A DNA stretch of 64,000 bases from positions 1-64,000 of IMG/VR virus record IMGVR_UViG_3300030101_002616. The stretch is one strand, 5' to 3'. The stretch's first letter is position 1. Each line of letters opens with the position of its first letter. Shown here piece by piece: positions 7,191 to 17,118 of this stretch. The notes under the pieces are model-generated. The model did no database searches and was not told the DNA's origin. It was given only the letters and a program-made list of their open reading frames with translations. A program made the position numbers and the translations under genes. This DNA is from a virus.

Positions 7191-9446
7191 ATGTATCTAG
7201 GGGGAGACAAAATACCGCAGCAAAAGCTGCCTTTATCAAAGAAAAATAAAAAGTGGAGAGAAAGTTGTGTAGAAGCCTACATAGAGCTATCTCAATATGG
7301 GGTCAACGAAAGAAAGGATGATCTCAAACGCTTGTATGACTATTACAACGGTGTAATTTATGAGGATGACTATCGTTACGTTACACAACCCTACGGCAAG
7401 TCCCGTACAAATTTCCCCTCTAAAATGCGTAACTATCCTATTATCAAACCTATTATTGATCTTCTCTTGGGTGAAAAGTCTAAACGACCTCTGAATTACA
7501 CCGTTACCGTACAGAATGGAGATGCAGTAAGCCAGAAAGAAAGTGCAAAACAACAAGCCATATATCAGAACTTACAGCAAAGATTTATAAAAACTTTAGC
7601 ACAAAGCAACCCAGACATACTGCAAAATCTAGAATCTCCAGACGATATTCCTATGCCTAAAGAAATAGCTGATCAGTTTGAAAACAGTTATGTAGATAAC
7701 AGAGCTATCAAAGGACAACATGCTATAACATACATTATGCAATCACAAGAAGTGTATGATAAGTTACAAAAAGCATGGTTTCACTTCTTAGTATCTGGTG
7801 AGGTATATACTCACAGAGGTGTAAGAAACAAAGAACCTTTCTACGAAATTCTTAATCCTATTGATATTGATTATGATAAAGATCCAGACATAGAGTTTGT
7901 AGAAGATGGTGACTGGGCTTTGGTTCGCAAGTACGTACATGCATCATCAGTTATTGATTCATTCTACGAGTCATTAACAGAAGAGCAGGTACTAGAGTTA
8001 GAAGAACCAAGACAATCAGACCCTGAGTCATATTTATTATACAGACGAGCAAGAGCTGGTTCTGATCCAAATACATACAGAAACAGATTGATAGAGGTAG
8101 TTACTGTGTATTGGAAATCAAGAAAAAGAATAGGCTTCTTAGAATACATGGACCCAGAGACTGGGACTATGGAAGAGATGGAGGTTGATGAAACCTTTAG
8201 ACTACCTAAAGAGATGAAAGATATGGGTGCTAAGGTAACCTATCTATGGGTAAACGAAGTATGGGAAGGCACACGTATTGATGGTAGATTCTACATAAAT
8301 ATCAATCCTGTAGCTAACCAAAGAATATCTATTGACAATGCATCAACATGTAAATTACCTATTAATGGTAGAAAATACTCTGATATAAATTCTGACAACA
8401 TATCACTAGTATCACTTGGTATACCTTATCAGTTAAACTACAATATCTTTAAATATAGAATGGAGTTAGCAATAGCTAGAAGTAAAGATATTATCTCACA
8501 GTTTGACATCAATATGATACCTAAGAAGTGGGATATGGATAAGTTTATGTACTATGTAGAAGGTACAGGTATAGCATGGGTAGACTACAACAAAGAAGGT
8601 ATACAGCTTAATCCACAGCATCAATCAGTATTGGACATGTCAATTAAGACTATATCACAATACATCACACTATTAGAATCTATATTAAATGAATGGGAAA
8701 AAATATCTGGTGTGTCTAGGCAAAGACAAGGTACAATTGGTGCATATGAAGGTAAGGCTAGTTCACAACAAGCTATTCTACAATCGTCGCACATTACAGA
8801 AGATATATTCCGTAAGTTTGCTAGGCTAGAACAAAGAGATTTACAAGCACTACTTGACTATTCTAAAGAAGCATGGCTTACTGGTAAACAAGGTATGTTT
8901 GTAATGCCTGACGGTACTACAGACTTTTTAGATCTTGATACATTGCAGCATATGGAATCTAACTACGGTATATTTGTATCTGATGCTGGTAAAGATCAAC
9001 AACGATTAGATCAGATCAAAGGCTTAGCACAAGCTATGATACAGAATGGTACTAAGGCATCTATGGTAGCTGAGATGTTTGAATCAGAAAACTTTAGTCA
9101 GATAAAAGGTAAACTTAAAGCAGCAGAGAAGGCTGCAGAAGAATTAGAGCAAGCACAACAACAAGCACAGCAACAACAGGCTCAACAGCAAATGCAAATA
9201 CAACAACAAGAGATGGAAAGAGCTTCTATTGATAAAGAGAAGGATAGACAGTTAGACATTGAAGTAGCGTTGATAAATGCAGAGGCTAGAAAGAATCCAG
9301 AGCTAGACAGCTTTAACATGCAGAAGTTGATGCAAGACTTTGAAAATAAACAACGAGAGTTAGATATTAGAGAAAGAGAGCTTGGTGCTAAAATAAATAA
9401 CGACAGCGAAAAAAATCAGATAGCAAGAGAGGGTGATGCTGAATAA
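7191..9446 (+). CDS. Portal protein
   Basis: Directly after terL; crAss-type portal features (PQQKLP..KKNKKW, NYPIIKP.IDLLLGE..KRP, SGVSRQRQG, QSSHITE); Gln-rich C-terminal coil. ATG at 7191 preferred to TTG at 7182. Confidence 0.9.
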   Translation: MYLGGDKIPQQKLPLSKKNKKWRESCVEAYIELSQYGVNERKDDLKRLYDYYNGVIYEDDYRYVTQPYGKSRTNFPSKMRNYPIIKPIIDLLLGEKSKRPLNYTVTVQNGDAVSQKESAKQQAIYQNLQQRFIKTLAQSNPDILQNLESPDDIPMPKEIADQFENSYVDNRAIKGQHAITYIMQSQEVYDKLQKAWFHFLVSGEVYTHRGVRNKEPFYEILNPIDIDYDKDPDIEFVEDGDWALVRKYVHASSVIDSFYESLTEEQVLELEEPRQSDPESYLLYRRARAGSDPNTYRNRLIEVVTVYWKSRKRIGFLEYMDPETGTMEEMEVDETFRLPKEMKDMGAKVTYLWVNEVWEGTRIDGRFYININPVANQRISIDNASTCKLPINGRKYSDINSDNISLVSLGIPYQLNYNIFKYRMELAIARSKDIISQFDINMIPKKWDMDKFMYYVEGTGIAWVDYNKEGIQLNPQHQSVLDMSIKTISQYITLLESILNEWEKISGVSRQRQGTIGAYEGKASSQQAILQSSHITEDIFRKFARLEQRDLQALLDYSKEAWLTGKQGMFVMPDGTTDFLDLDTLQHMESNYGIFVSDAGKDQQRLDQIKGLAQAMIQNGTKASMVAEMFESENFSQIKGKLKAAEKAAEELEQAQQQAQQQQAQQQMQIQQQEMERASIDKEKDRQLDIEVALINAEARKNPELDSFNMQKLMQDFENKQRELDIRERELGAKINNDSEKNQIAREGDAE

Positions 9447-10155
9447 TCAAATGCGTAGAGAAATATTGGACACGGCTAGGTCTACTGGATTTGAAGGTAG
9501 CATACTAGACTTGTATCAAATGGCTAACCAAGGCGCTAATGTACCAGCAATGTTACAAGCAGAAGTACAAGCTAAGCAAGAGAATATGCTAGTTGCACAA
9601 ACTCCACAAGAACAACAAGTAGGTTTACGTGAGCAACAAGCTATGGGTAATACAGATGCTAGCATGGTTTTTCCAGACGTGCCAGCTAATACATCATTTA
9701 ATACTGAAGGTATGCAAGTGCCTATCAATATTACAAAGGTAGATGACCAAGGACATTTAGTACAATCGTATCAGAATGTACCACCAGGTATTAAAGACTT
9801 ACCTACAGGACCAAAGCGTGGTACAGTTATAGAGACACCAGCTTACAAGAAAGGTGGGTATAGATCTAAGTATGGCAAAGATCCAGTAACAGGTACAGGT
9901 AAAAAGCCAAAAGGTAGTGGTAGAAGATTATACACAGACGAGAATCCAAAGGATACTGTAGGTATTAAGTTTTCCACTCCAGCTGATGCTAGAGCCACTG
10001 TAGCTAAAGTCAAAAGAGTTAATAAACCTTTTGCTAGAAAGATACAAATACTTACTGTAGGCGAACAAAGAGCCAAAGTAATGGGTAAAAGTCAAGTATC
10101 AAGCATATTTACCAGGGGTAAAGAAGCACTAAGACGAGGTAGAAAAAAGACATAA
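9433..10155 (+). CDS. Bipartite hypothetical protein (Gln-rich N-part, YKKGG linker, basic YTDENP module)
   Basis: 240 aa between portal and putative scaffold; composition switches at AYKKGG. Confidence 0.75.
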   Translation: MMLNNQMRREILDTARSTGFEGSILDLYQMANQGANVPAMLQAEVQAKQENMLVAQTPQEQQVGLREQQAMGNTDASMVFPDVPANTSFNTEGMQVPINITKVDDQGHLVQSYQNVPPGIKDLPTGPKRGTVIETPAYKKGGYRSKYGKDPVTGTGKKPKGSGRRLYTDENPKDTVGIKFSTPADARATVAKVKRVNKPFARKIQILTVGEQRAKVMGKSQVSSIFTRGKEALRRGRKKT

Positions 10156-10247
10156 GTGATATATAATAAAGACATATCCAAAAACATATGCGTATGTAGT
10201 AATACATGCATATTTAACTATTTTTGTAAAAAATTAATATATAGATT

Positions 10248-11381
10248 ATGATAGAACCAGGAGAAGAAGAAGGCATCGGTTTGGATGACATTTCATTTGA
10301 CGATGTGATAGGCGGCGGATCAGAAAGCTCAGAGGTAGCAGAAGATCTTGCAATAGAAAAACCAAATGCAGAAGCTGAAGAGCTTGATGCGGATGCGGAA
10401 GAATTAGAAGAGTCTGAGGACGTAGAAGAAGTTGAAGAAGAAGAAGAGGAGTATGATGATGAGGAAGATGAAGACTACGAGGAAGACGAAGAGTATGAAG
10501 ATGATGATGAAGAAGATGATGACAGAGAACCTGTTGCTTCTACAGTAGTTTCTTCAATACTAGACAAGTTAGGCTTTGAGACTGAAGATGAGTATGATGA
10601 CACTGAAGAAGGTCTCTTAGCAATGACACAAGATGTTGGACAACAGATAGCGGAAGATCAACTAAATAATTTATTTGAGAACTTCCCATTAGTACAAAGA
10701 CATCTAGAATACGTTCTTAATGGTGGTGAGTCTAGAGATTTTATGCAAGCATATGATCCACAGTTAGACTACAACCAGGTAAGTTTTGAAGAAGATGACA
10801 CAAGAAGTCAAAAAGCTATTTTATCTGATTACTTTGCAACAAAGGGACATGATCAGAACTTTATAAATGAGCTACTGACTGACTATGAAGATACTGGTAA
10901 ATTATACCAGAAAGCTGAAGCTGCTAGATCAGCTCTAGGTAAGATGCAAGACCAATCCAGAAGTCAACTGGTTGAACAGCAGAAACAACAAAGAGCCGAG
11001 CAAGAAGAACAGCAAGAAGAGTTTTGGAATGGTGTGTATGAAACCATCGACAGTACTGATGATTTTGCAGGTATTTCTATTCCAAATAGAGAGAAGTCAA
11101 AGTTTTTTGACTATATCTCAAATCCTGTGACTAGAGATGGTCGCACACAACGAGATCTGGATCACTCTGAAGCAGAGATGGAAACCAAGCTCGCTATTGA
11201 TTATTTAATGTTCAAAGGTTTTGATTTATCAAAATTGGTAGAAACAAAAGCTAGAACATCAAATGCTAAGTCATTGCGAGATAGAATATCCAGAAATGAA
11301 GAAAGAGTTAAAAGCGCACGAGGACGTCAAAGACGTAAGAGTAAGCAAGTAGACTTAGATGATTTGGATCTTAATATATAA
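10248..11381 (+). CDS. Highly acidic protein preceding the major capsid gene (putative scaffold)
   Basis: Long D/E tract and coiled-coil; conserved position between portal and MCP in crAss-like phages. Confidence 0.7.
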   Translation: MIEPGEEEGIGLDDISFDDVIGGGSESSEVAEDLAIEKPNAEAEELDADAEELEESEDVEEVEEEEEEYDDEEDEDYEEDEEYEDDDEEDDDREPVASTVVSSILDKLGFETEDEYDDTEEGLLAMTQDVGQQIAEDQLNNLFENFPLVQRHLEYVLNGGESRDFMQAYDPQLDYNQVSFEEDDTRSQKAILSDYFATKGHDQNFINELLTDYEDTGKLYQKAEAARSALGKMQDQSRSQLVEQQKQQRAEQEEQQEEFWNGVYETIDSTDDFAGISIPNREKSKFFDYISNPVTRDGRTQRDLDHSEAEMETKLAIDYLMFKGFDLSKLVETKARTSNAKSLRDRISRNEERVKSARGRQRRKSKQVDLDDLDLNI

Positions 11382-11427
11382 ATGGCAATTTTAAAATGCA
11401 ACTTAACTTTATAAAAATTAGATAATT

Positions 11428-12882
11428 ATGCCAGGACAAATGACCGGGACGAACATTAGCGTACAAAAGACGTTTTATAATGATTCGCAAATGACAGACA
11501 TGAACAGTCTAGCTAACGCGTTATTGTCTAAGCCAACTGAACTATCTCCGATTATTACGCACCTAGCGGGTAAAGATGATAAACGATTCCCACTATCTTT
11601 CTTAACAGAAGGAGCCGGTAACGTTCAATCAATTGACCGTTTAGAGTACGAATATCGTGTAGCTACTCATAAATTGAGAACTCGTCCAGTGGCTGTGACA
11701 AACGCCGGAGCAAACTTAGGAATTGGAGGATCAACCTTTACGTTGATATTTCCAGACAAACGATTCGTATTTCCATACGTGTTAGTAAACAACAAAGGTG
11801 AACTAGCTCGTATCATGAAAGAACCACAACCTTATGTTGGTGGATCTGGATGGGAATACACATTACAATTAGTTAACCCAGCAGCTGCTACTCAACTTAC
11901 TTCAGGTTTTACAGCAGGTGATCTTTGGGCTCAACTATATGCACCAGTAGGAGTTGACTTCTCAAGAGGTAACGCTTCTAACTGGCAAGCACCAGGTAAA
12001 GTTCGTAACAAAATTACTACAGTACGTAAATCTTATCACATGTCAGGACATGCTAAAGATTATGTAGCTGAGTTTTCTTTACCAACTAAAGGTGGTGGTA
12101 GCACTAACCTTTGGATGGATTATGAAGAGTACAACCACATGCTTGACTTTAAAGAAGAGTGTGAAATGTACTACTGGTACGGACAAAAAACTTATGATGC
12201 AAACGGTAACACGTTTATGAAAGATGAGAATGGACAGCCTGTAATTGTAGGCCCAGGTTTATTTGAGCAAATCGTAAACACTGACACTTACTCAAAAATG
12301 ACTGAGACTAAGTTGAAAAACATCATAGGTGATTTATTTTACCAAATGACAGATGCTAATCAGAAGCAAGTAACATTATTTACTGGTACTGGTGGAGCAA
12401 GAGAGTTTGATGAAGCTCTTAAGTCGCACTTTTCTGGAGCTGTTAACAGCTTTAAGACAGGTGGTGAAAACAGATTTATCACGGGTAGCGGACGTAACTT
12501 AGGATTAACTGGTTACTTCACTACTTATGAGCATGTAGACGGACACGTAATCAATGTGGTTAAGATTCCATTATTTGATCATGGTCCAGTTGCACAAGCT
12601 CGTGAGAAGCACCCAGAAACTGGTTACTCATTAGAGTCTTACCGTATGGTATTTGTTGACCAGTCTAACTACGACGGACAAGCTAATCTTTCAATGATCT
12701 CTAAGAAAGGTCGTGAGATGATGCGTTGGTGCGTTGCTGGTTCTGTAGTTCCAAGAGGATTTGCAGCTACAGATACTAGAGCATCAGACGTTGATGGTGC
12801 AAGTGTACACATGTTGAAGACAGCGGGTATCTGCTTACGTAGATTTGATACTTCGTTGGATATTCAATGTGTAGCTTCCTAA
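11428..12882 (+). CDS. Major capsid protein
   Basis: 484 aa, highly-expressed codon bias, position after portal/scaffold, crAss-like MCP segments (RNKITTVRKSY, GPGLFEQI, FTGTGGAREF), followed by a terminator. Confidence 0.9.
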   Translation: MPGQMTGTNISVQKTFYNDSQMTDMNSLANALLSKPTELSPIITHLAGKDDKRFPLSFLTEGAGNVQSIDRLEYEYRVATHKLRTRPVAVTNAGANLGIGGSTFTLIFPDKRFVFPYVLVNNKGELARIMKEPQPYVGGSGWEYTLQLVNPAAATQLTSGFTAGDLWAQLYAPVGVDFSRGNASNWQAPGKVRNKITTVRKSYHMSGHAKDYVAEFSLPTKGGGSTNLWMDYEEYNHMLDFKEECEMYYWYGQKTYDANGNTFMKDENGQPVIVGPGLFEQIVNTDTYSKMTETKLKNIIGDLFYQMTDANQKQVTLFTGTGGAREFDEALKSHFSGAVNSFKTGGENRFITGSGRNLGLTGYFTTYEHVDGHVINVVKIPLFDHGPVAQAREKHPETGYSLESYRMVFVDQSNYDGQANLSMISKKGREMMRWCVAGSVVPRGFAATDTRASDVDGASVHMLKTAGICLRRFDTSLDIQCVAS

Positions 12883-12936
12883 TTTAGGGAGTTAAAAGAG
12901 GCGTGCATTCGCAAGTCTATATATTGGTTTTTGGTT

Positions 12937-12975
12937 GAAGTCGTGGGGGCTTAGTGCCCCCGCTTCTTCTATTTT
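12937..12975 (+). terminator. Intrinsic terminator after the major capsid gene
   Basis: GAAG..GGGGGC-TTAGT-GCCCCC..CTTC followed by TTCTATTTT. Confidence 0.7.
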
Positions 12976-13033
12976 AAGATATTGGGGAGTTATTCTTTGC
13001 ATCCACTAATTAAAACTTTAAAAGAACTGTATT

Positions 13034-13843
13034 ATGAGCAAAAAAGTGTATTTAAGGGCTAAGCAGATTAATAATCACTTACCCAAGGAAATTAACGCTA
13101 GCGCTATTAGAAAACTAAGTAGCGTATTTGTAAACCGACAACCACTAAAACCTTTTGATCCACAAGATGAAAAGAAGTATTTAGAAGGCATGTTAGATGT
13201 AGATCCCGCTCACATGGAGTGGCCTAAGCACACTAAGAAATTTTGGGCTGAGTTTACTGTCCCAGTAGGTTTTGAAGGTGTAGAACTAGAAGTAGGTAAA
13301 ACTGAAGACGGTAAACCTATTGATATTAATGATTTCATCAAATATCATTTTGCATTGAAACATCCACACGTAGCACTAACTGAAGAAGAAATGAACGCAA
13401 GTTCACAAAAAAGATTCTTTATTCAAGATTTAGCTAAGAAGGATATTTTACGTAACAATGATATTCAAGTCAAGAAAGATGCTGACAAAGCATTTATCAA
13501 GGTAACTACTGATGAAAAACAAATGAGAAGAGTGTATAGATTATTGGGTAATACTAATCCAGATGTATTAACTAGAGAACAAGTAGAAAACTTACTCTAT
13601 GATATTAAGGAAAAATCGCCTAAGAAGTTTATCAAAGTATCTCAAGATAAACACTTAGAAATGAAGGCAGAGATTGAGACAATGGTTTCAGCTGGAGTAC
13701 TAAGAAAGATAGGTAACCAAGTTATCTTTATTGATGAGGTATTAGGAGAAACATTAGATGACACTGTTATACATTTGAGAGATAAAAAGAACTCAGGTAA
13801 ATTAACTACTTTAAGAGCAAAACTTAAAACACTAGCATCTTAA
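13034..13843 (+). CDS. Conserved crAss-like protein downstream of MCP
   Basis: 269 aa; position and motifs (KFW, PIDINDFIKYHFALKHPHVA). Confidence 0.7.
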   Translation: MSKKVYLRAKQINNHLPKEINASAIRKLSSVFVNRQPLKPFDPQDEKKYLEGMLDVDPAHMEWPKHTKKFWAEFTVPVGFEGVELEVGKTEDGKPIDINDFIKYHFALKHPHVALTEEEMNASSQKRFFIQDLAKKDILRNNDIQVKKDADKAFIKVTTDEKQMRRVYRLLGNTNPDVLTREQVENLLYDIKEKSPKKFIKVSQDKHLEMKAEIETMVSAGVLRKIGNQVIFIDEVLGETLDDTVIHLRDKKNSGKLTTLRAKLKTLAS

Positions 13844-15006
13844 TGAATGTAACTGAAATGCATATAGCTGTACAGCAAGGAGTGGATAAGATTAATTCAC
13901 TCCAAGCTGACAGTTTGCTATCTGAAGAGATAGACATTGAATTAAACAAAAACATGTTTAGGTTTATCAACACCAAGTACGGTAGAAATAACCTATACAG
14001 AAAAGGATTTGAAGAATCACAAAAAAGAATAGATGACTTACGTACACTTGTGCGTGAGTATGAAGCTCCTGTATCATTTAAGGAGCAGTTAAAAACAAAT
14101 ATATTTGTAGACACATTTAAACTACCAAATGATTATATGTATTTGGTAAATCAAATGTCAAAGATTTGGATTAACAATTGTAGACCTATAGGCTATAACT
14201 TAGTTAATCCTCCAGCAATATCGTTCTTTACATTAGACTTAAATAATTTTGTATTGAATAATCAACTTGGAAATTCTACGGCATTTATTCAAGGTATAGA
14301 AATGGTTGCAGATATTACAGGTACAGATCCTACATCTGCTGTAATATGGAATCCATCAGCTGCACTAATAGCTTCAGGGTGGACACCAGAAAGTTATCCT
14401 GCAAATATAGAAGCAACAAAACAAGATATACTAAATAATCCAGGACCTGGGTTTGATGTATATTGGGAAGAGTATGAAACACTGAACTTTCCAGGACAGT
14501 TTATAGTTATAGTAGATACAGATCAGCATGACTGGTTTAACTTTGATTTATCTATAGGAAATGTTAGTCATGCAGTAGGTGAGCCTATAGATGGAGCTAC
14601 ACAACCAGCACAACAGGCAGGCCAGGTTATGGATACGACATACTCTGAAAGAAGAGAACCAATATCGTTCTCTGCAAGAATACAAGAGGGAAATAGATTC
14701 TCTCAACAAGATGACATATTTACGCTTTTGAGTGACCCGTTTAATACAACTAAACACACCTCTCCACTAACCACATTTAGAGGTAGGTCAATAGATATAT
14801 ACACTAGTGATATATTTATAATAGATACGTTAAAAATAACGTATATCAGAAAGCCACAAGAAATATCCTTACCTTTGGGGGTAAACTGCGAACTTCCTGA
14901 GCACACTCATCAAGAAATTGTGAGCATGACAGTCAGCAGTATATTAGAAGCTATCTCTGATCCGCGATACAAAACAGCGCTTGGGGAAGTTACAAAGAAT
15001 GAATAA
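13843..15006 (+). CDS. Head-tail adaptor / tail ring protein
   Basis: GFEESQKRIDDLRTLV at the N-terminus and TYIRKP...CELPEHTHQEIV at the C-terminus, as in crAss-like ring proteins. Confidence 0.75.
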   Translation: MNVTEMHIAVQQGVDKINSLQADSLLSEEIDIELNKNMFRFINTKYGRNNLYRKGFEESQKRIDDLRTLVREYEAPVSFKEQLKTNIFVDTFKLPNDYMYLVNQMSKIWINNCRPIGYNLVNPPAISFFTLDLNNFVLNNQLGNSTAFIQGIEMVADITGTDPTSAVIWNPSAALIASGWTPESYPANIEATKQDILNNPGPGFDVYWEEYETLNFPGQFIVIVDTDQHDWFNFDLSIGNVSHAVGEPIDGATQPAQQAGQVMDTTYSERREPISFSARIQEGNRFSQQDDIFTLLSDPFNTTKHTSPLTTFRGRSIDIYTSDIFIIDTLKITYIRKPQEISLPLGVNCELPEHTHQEIVSMTVSSILEAISDPRYKTALGEVTKNE

Positions 15007-15043
15007 TTATTAATAGCGGCATAGCCGCATAAATTTTAGAAAA

Positions 15044-15982
15044 ATGGCAAGACATTTGTATATTGGAAATGCTCAAGCAGTAGCCTATGATGGTAACGGA
15101 TTGTTAGCTGACGGTGCAATTGACATCCAAAAACTAAGCAATGATGGACCTACTTCATTAGCACCAGGTGATGTTTTAGCAGACTCTGATCAAATTAGAG
15201 TAGTTCAAGGCGGACCTGCTGGGATTGATGTAAACATTGTATCTCCTTGGATTTACGGTAGAGACGTAGTAGCATGGGGTGGTAGATCTCACGCAGCACA
15301 AGCTGCTCAAGTATCTACTGTTACTATAGCTACAAACGCAACTGCTGCTGCAAATCACACTATTAAAATTGTAAACTTAACTGATGGTGCTGAGCCTTTT
15401 GAGTTAAAAAGTTATGAAATAGCTGTAGCTGCTGGTGCAACTCCAGTAACTCAAGCTGCTGCTTTTGTAGCTGCTTTGAATGCTGATTTACCTCATTGGA
15501 TTAATACAGCAGTTGATAGTGGTGGTGGTGTAATAACTTTAACAGGTTTTACAAAAGGCGCAACTAAAGCTGATGGATCTGTTCAAGGTGAAGTAGTTTT
15601 ATTTGATGTTGTAGACGATTTAGACGGAGACAACGGAACAACTGCTGCTTTTGCAACTACAACAGCTGCATCAAGAGGTAATGGTGATAGTCACTATGTT
15701 AAAGAAATGGAAGAAGAATTAAGAGGTGCACAGTATGGTTTTTATAACCGTATTCACCAACCTAATACTCCAGCTCAAAGCACTGTAATTGGTGATTCAT
15801 ATGATATGTATCATATTGTAGCTACTAAGGACGGTTCTTCAGCTTCTCAAATTCACGGTGTAGATAACTTAATTGAAATCTATATTGCATTTGATAATGG
15901 AACAGCTGCTTTAACTATGGCTTTAGAAGGACAGCTTAATCCTTATCTATTTGATGCTGGATTTGCAAACGTTAACTTATAA
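15044..15982 (+). CDS. Virion structural protein (putative auxiliary capsid protein)
   Basis: Ala/Thr/Gly-rich beta protein, 312 aa, high-expression codon bias; identity inferred from synteny. Confidence 0.55.
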   Translation: MARHLYIGNAQAVAYDGNGLLADGAIDIQKLSNDGPTSLAPGDVLADSDQIRVVQGGPAGIDVNIVSPWIYGRDVVAWGGRSHAAQAAQVSTVTIATNATAAANHTIKIVNLTDGAEPFELKSYEIAVAAGATPVTQAAAFVAALNADLPHWINTAVDSGGGVITLTGFTKGATKADGSVQGEVVLFDVVDDLDGDNGTTAAFATTTAASRGNGDSHYVKEMEEELRGAQYGFYNRIHQPNTPAQSTVIGDSYDMYHIVATKDGSSASQIHGVDNLIEIYIAFDNGTAALTMALEGQLNPYLFDAGFANVNL

Positions 15983-16007
15983 TATTAATCTTTTAAAACT
16001 TTAAAAA

Positions 16008-16511
16008 ATGGCAAATAACATTTATAAACCTACAATGGTTAAAGCAGTTTGGGATATAGGAGTTAGCGGTACTTTAGCAACTAACAAATCTTATGCTCCA
16101 AGCACAAGTACTAACAGCGATAGCGGTTATGTAGCAGATAAAAGTATTATCATTCCTGAAGGATCTTTAATTCTTCGTGCTTATACATACTGTGAAACAG
16201 CATTAAGTGATGATGATGATAACTCAACAACTCTAGCTTTAGGTTATACTGGAGCTACAGGAGCTTTCATTGCAGCAACTGCATGTAACACAGCTCAGTA
16301 TGGAGCAGGTATTGGTATGACTTTAGTAGACAACTATGCTTTAGACGGAAACGCTCTAACAAACACCGCTATGGGTGCAGCAAGAGACGCTACTTTATTG
16401 TATACTGCCGCAGATGTTGAATTATTGTTAACTCTTAACAATGACCACAACATTGATGCTGGTAAAATTACTTTATTCGTAGAGTATGTACAAACTGGAG
16501 ATATAGCATAA
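16008..16511 (+). CDS. Putative capsid decoration / spike-base protein
   Basis: IPEGSLILRAY...AGKITLFVEYV jelly-roll-like pattern; followed by a terminator. Confidence 0.5.
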   Translation: MANNIYKPTMVKAVWDIGVSGTLATNKSYAPSTSTNSDSGYVADKSIIIPEGSLILRAYTYCETALSDDDDNSTTLALGYTGATGAFIAATACNTAQYGAGIGMTLVDNYALDGNALTNTAMGAARDATLLYTAADVELLLTLNNDHNIDAGKITLFVEYVQTGDIA

Positions 16512-16525
16512 TCTCTTAACATATA

Positions 16526-16565
16526 AGACTCGCAGGGGACTAGTTTCCCCTGTAGGTCTTTTTTT
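16526..16565 (+). terminator. Rho-independent terminator
   Basis: AGAC..GCAGGGGA-CTAGTT-TCCCCTGT..GTCT followed by a T run. Confidence 0.85.
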
Positions 16566-16582
16566 ACAAAAAACAAAACAAT

Positions 16583-17116
16583 ATGAGTTTAATAGTATCG
16601 TCTACAGCAGACTGCCAATATATAGTAATTAGAATACCAGCTAACTCTTATGGAGGAGGTAGTGGTTATCAAGGTGGAACTCCTCTAACAGTAAAAGTAT
16701 CTTTATTAGATAGTTTTTATGAATTTACTGTTGCTACAACTGCATCAGACGTTGTAACACTAGTTTCACCTAATCAGGTAGGTGGTGGAGAGCATGGACT
16801 ATTTTTAGTAGAAGCTATTCTGGACGGAAACGTTGTAGGAAAAGCAGGAGCATTATTAGCATGTGATGTATTATGCTGTATTGCAAGTAAAATGGAAGAA
16901 CTATTAGACTGCGACTGCGATTGTAACAAATGTTCAGAACACTTTGTTGAAGCACAAAAAATATTTTTACTGCTAAAAACAGCAGAATCACAATTAGATA
17001 CATCTTATCTTAATTCACCTACATTAAGTCAAATACACGCTATAATAGATAGCGCTAGAGAAAAATATGAAACTGCCCAAGACATGTGCGCTGGCCATTG
17101 CGGGTGTAACTGTTAA
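16583..17116 (+). CDS. Cys-rich tail-region protein, 177 aa
   Basis: CDVLCC, CDCDCNKC and terminal CAGHCGCNC clusters. Confidence 0.7.
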   Translation: MSLIVSSTADCQYIVIRIPANSYGGGSGYQGGTPLTVKVSLLDSFYEFTVATTASDVVTLVSPNQVGGGEHGLFLVEAILDGNVVGKAGALLACDVLCCIASKMEELLDCDCDCNKCSEHFVEAQKIFLLLKTAESQLDTSYLNSPTLSQIHAIIDSAREKYETAQDMCAGHCGCNC

Positions 17117-17118
17117 TT

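Noticed and set aside
10380-10525. GAA/GAT-rich low-complexity DNA as a non-coding repeat
   Set aside because: It encodes the D/E tract of the putative scaffold protein.
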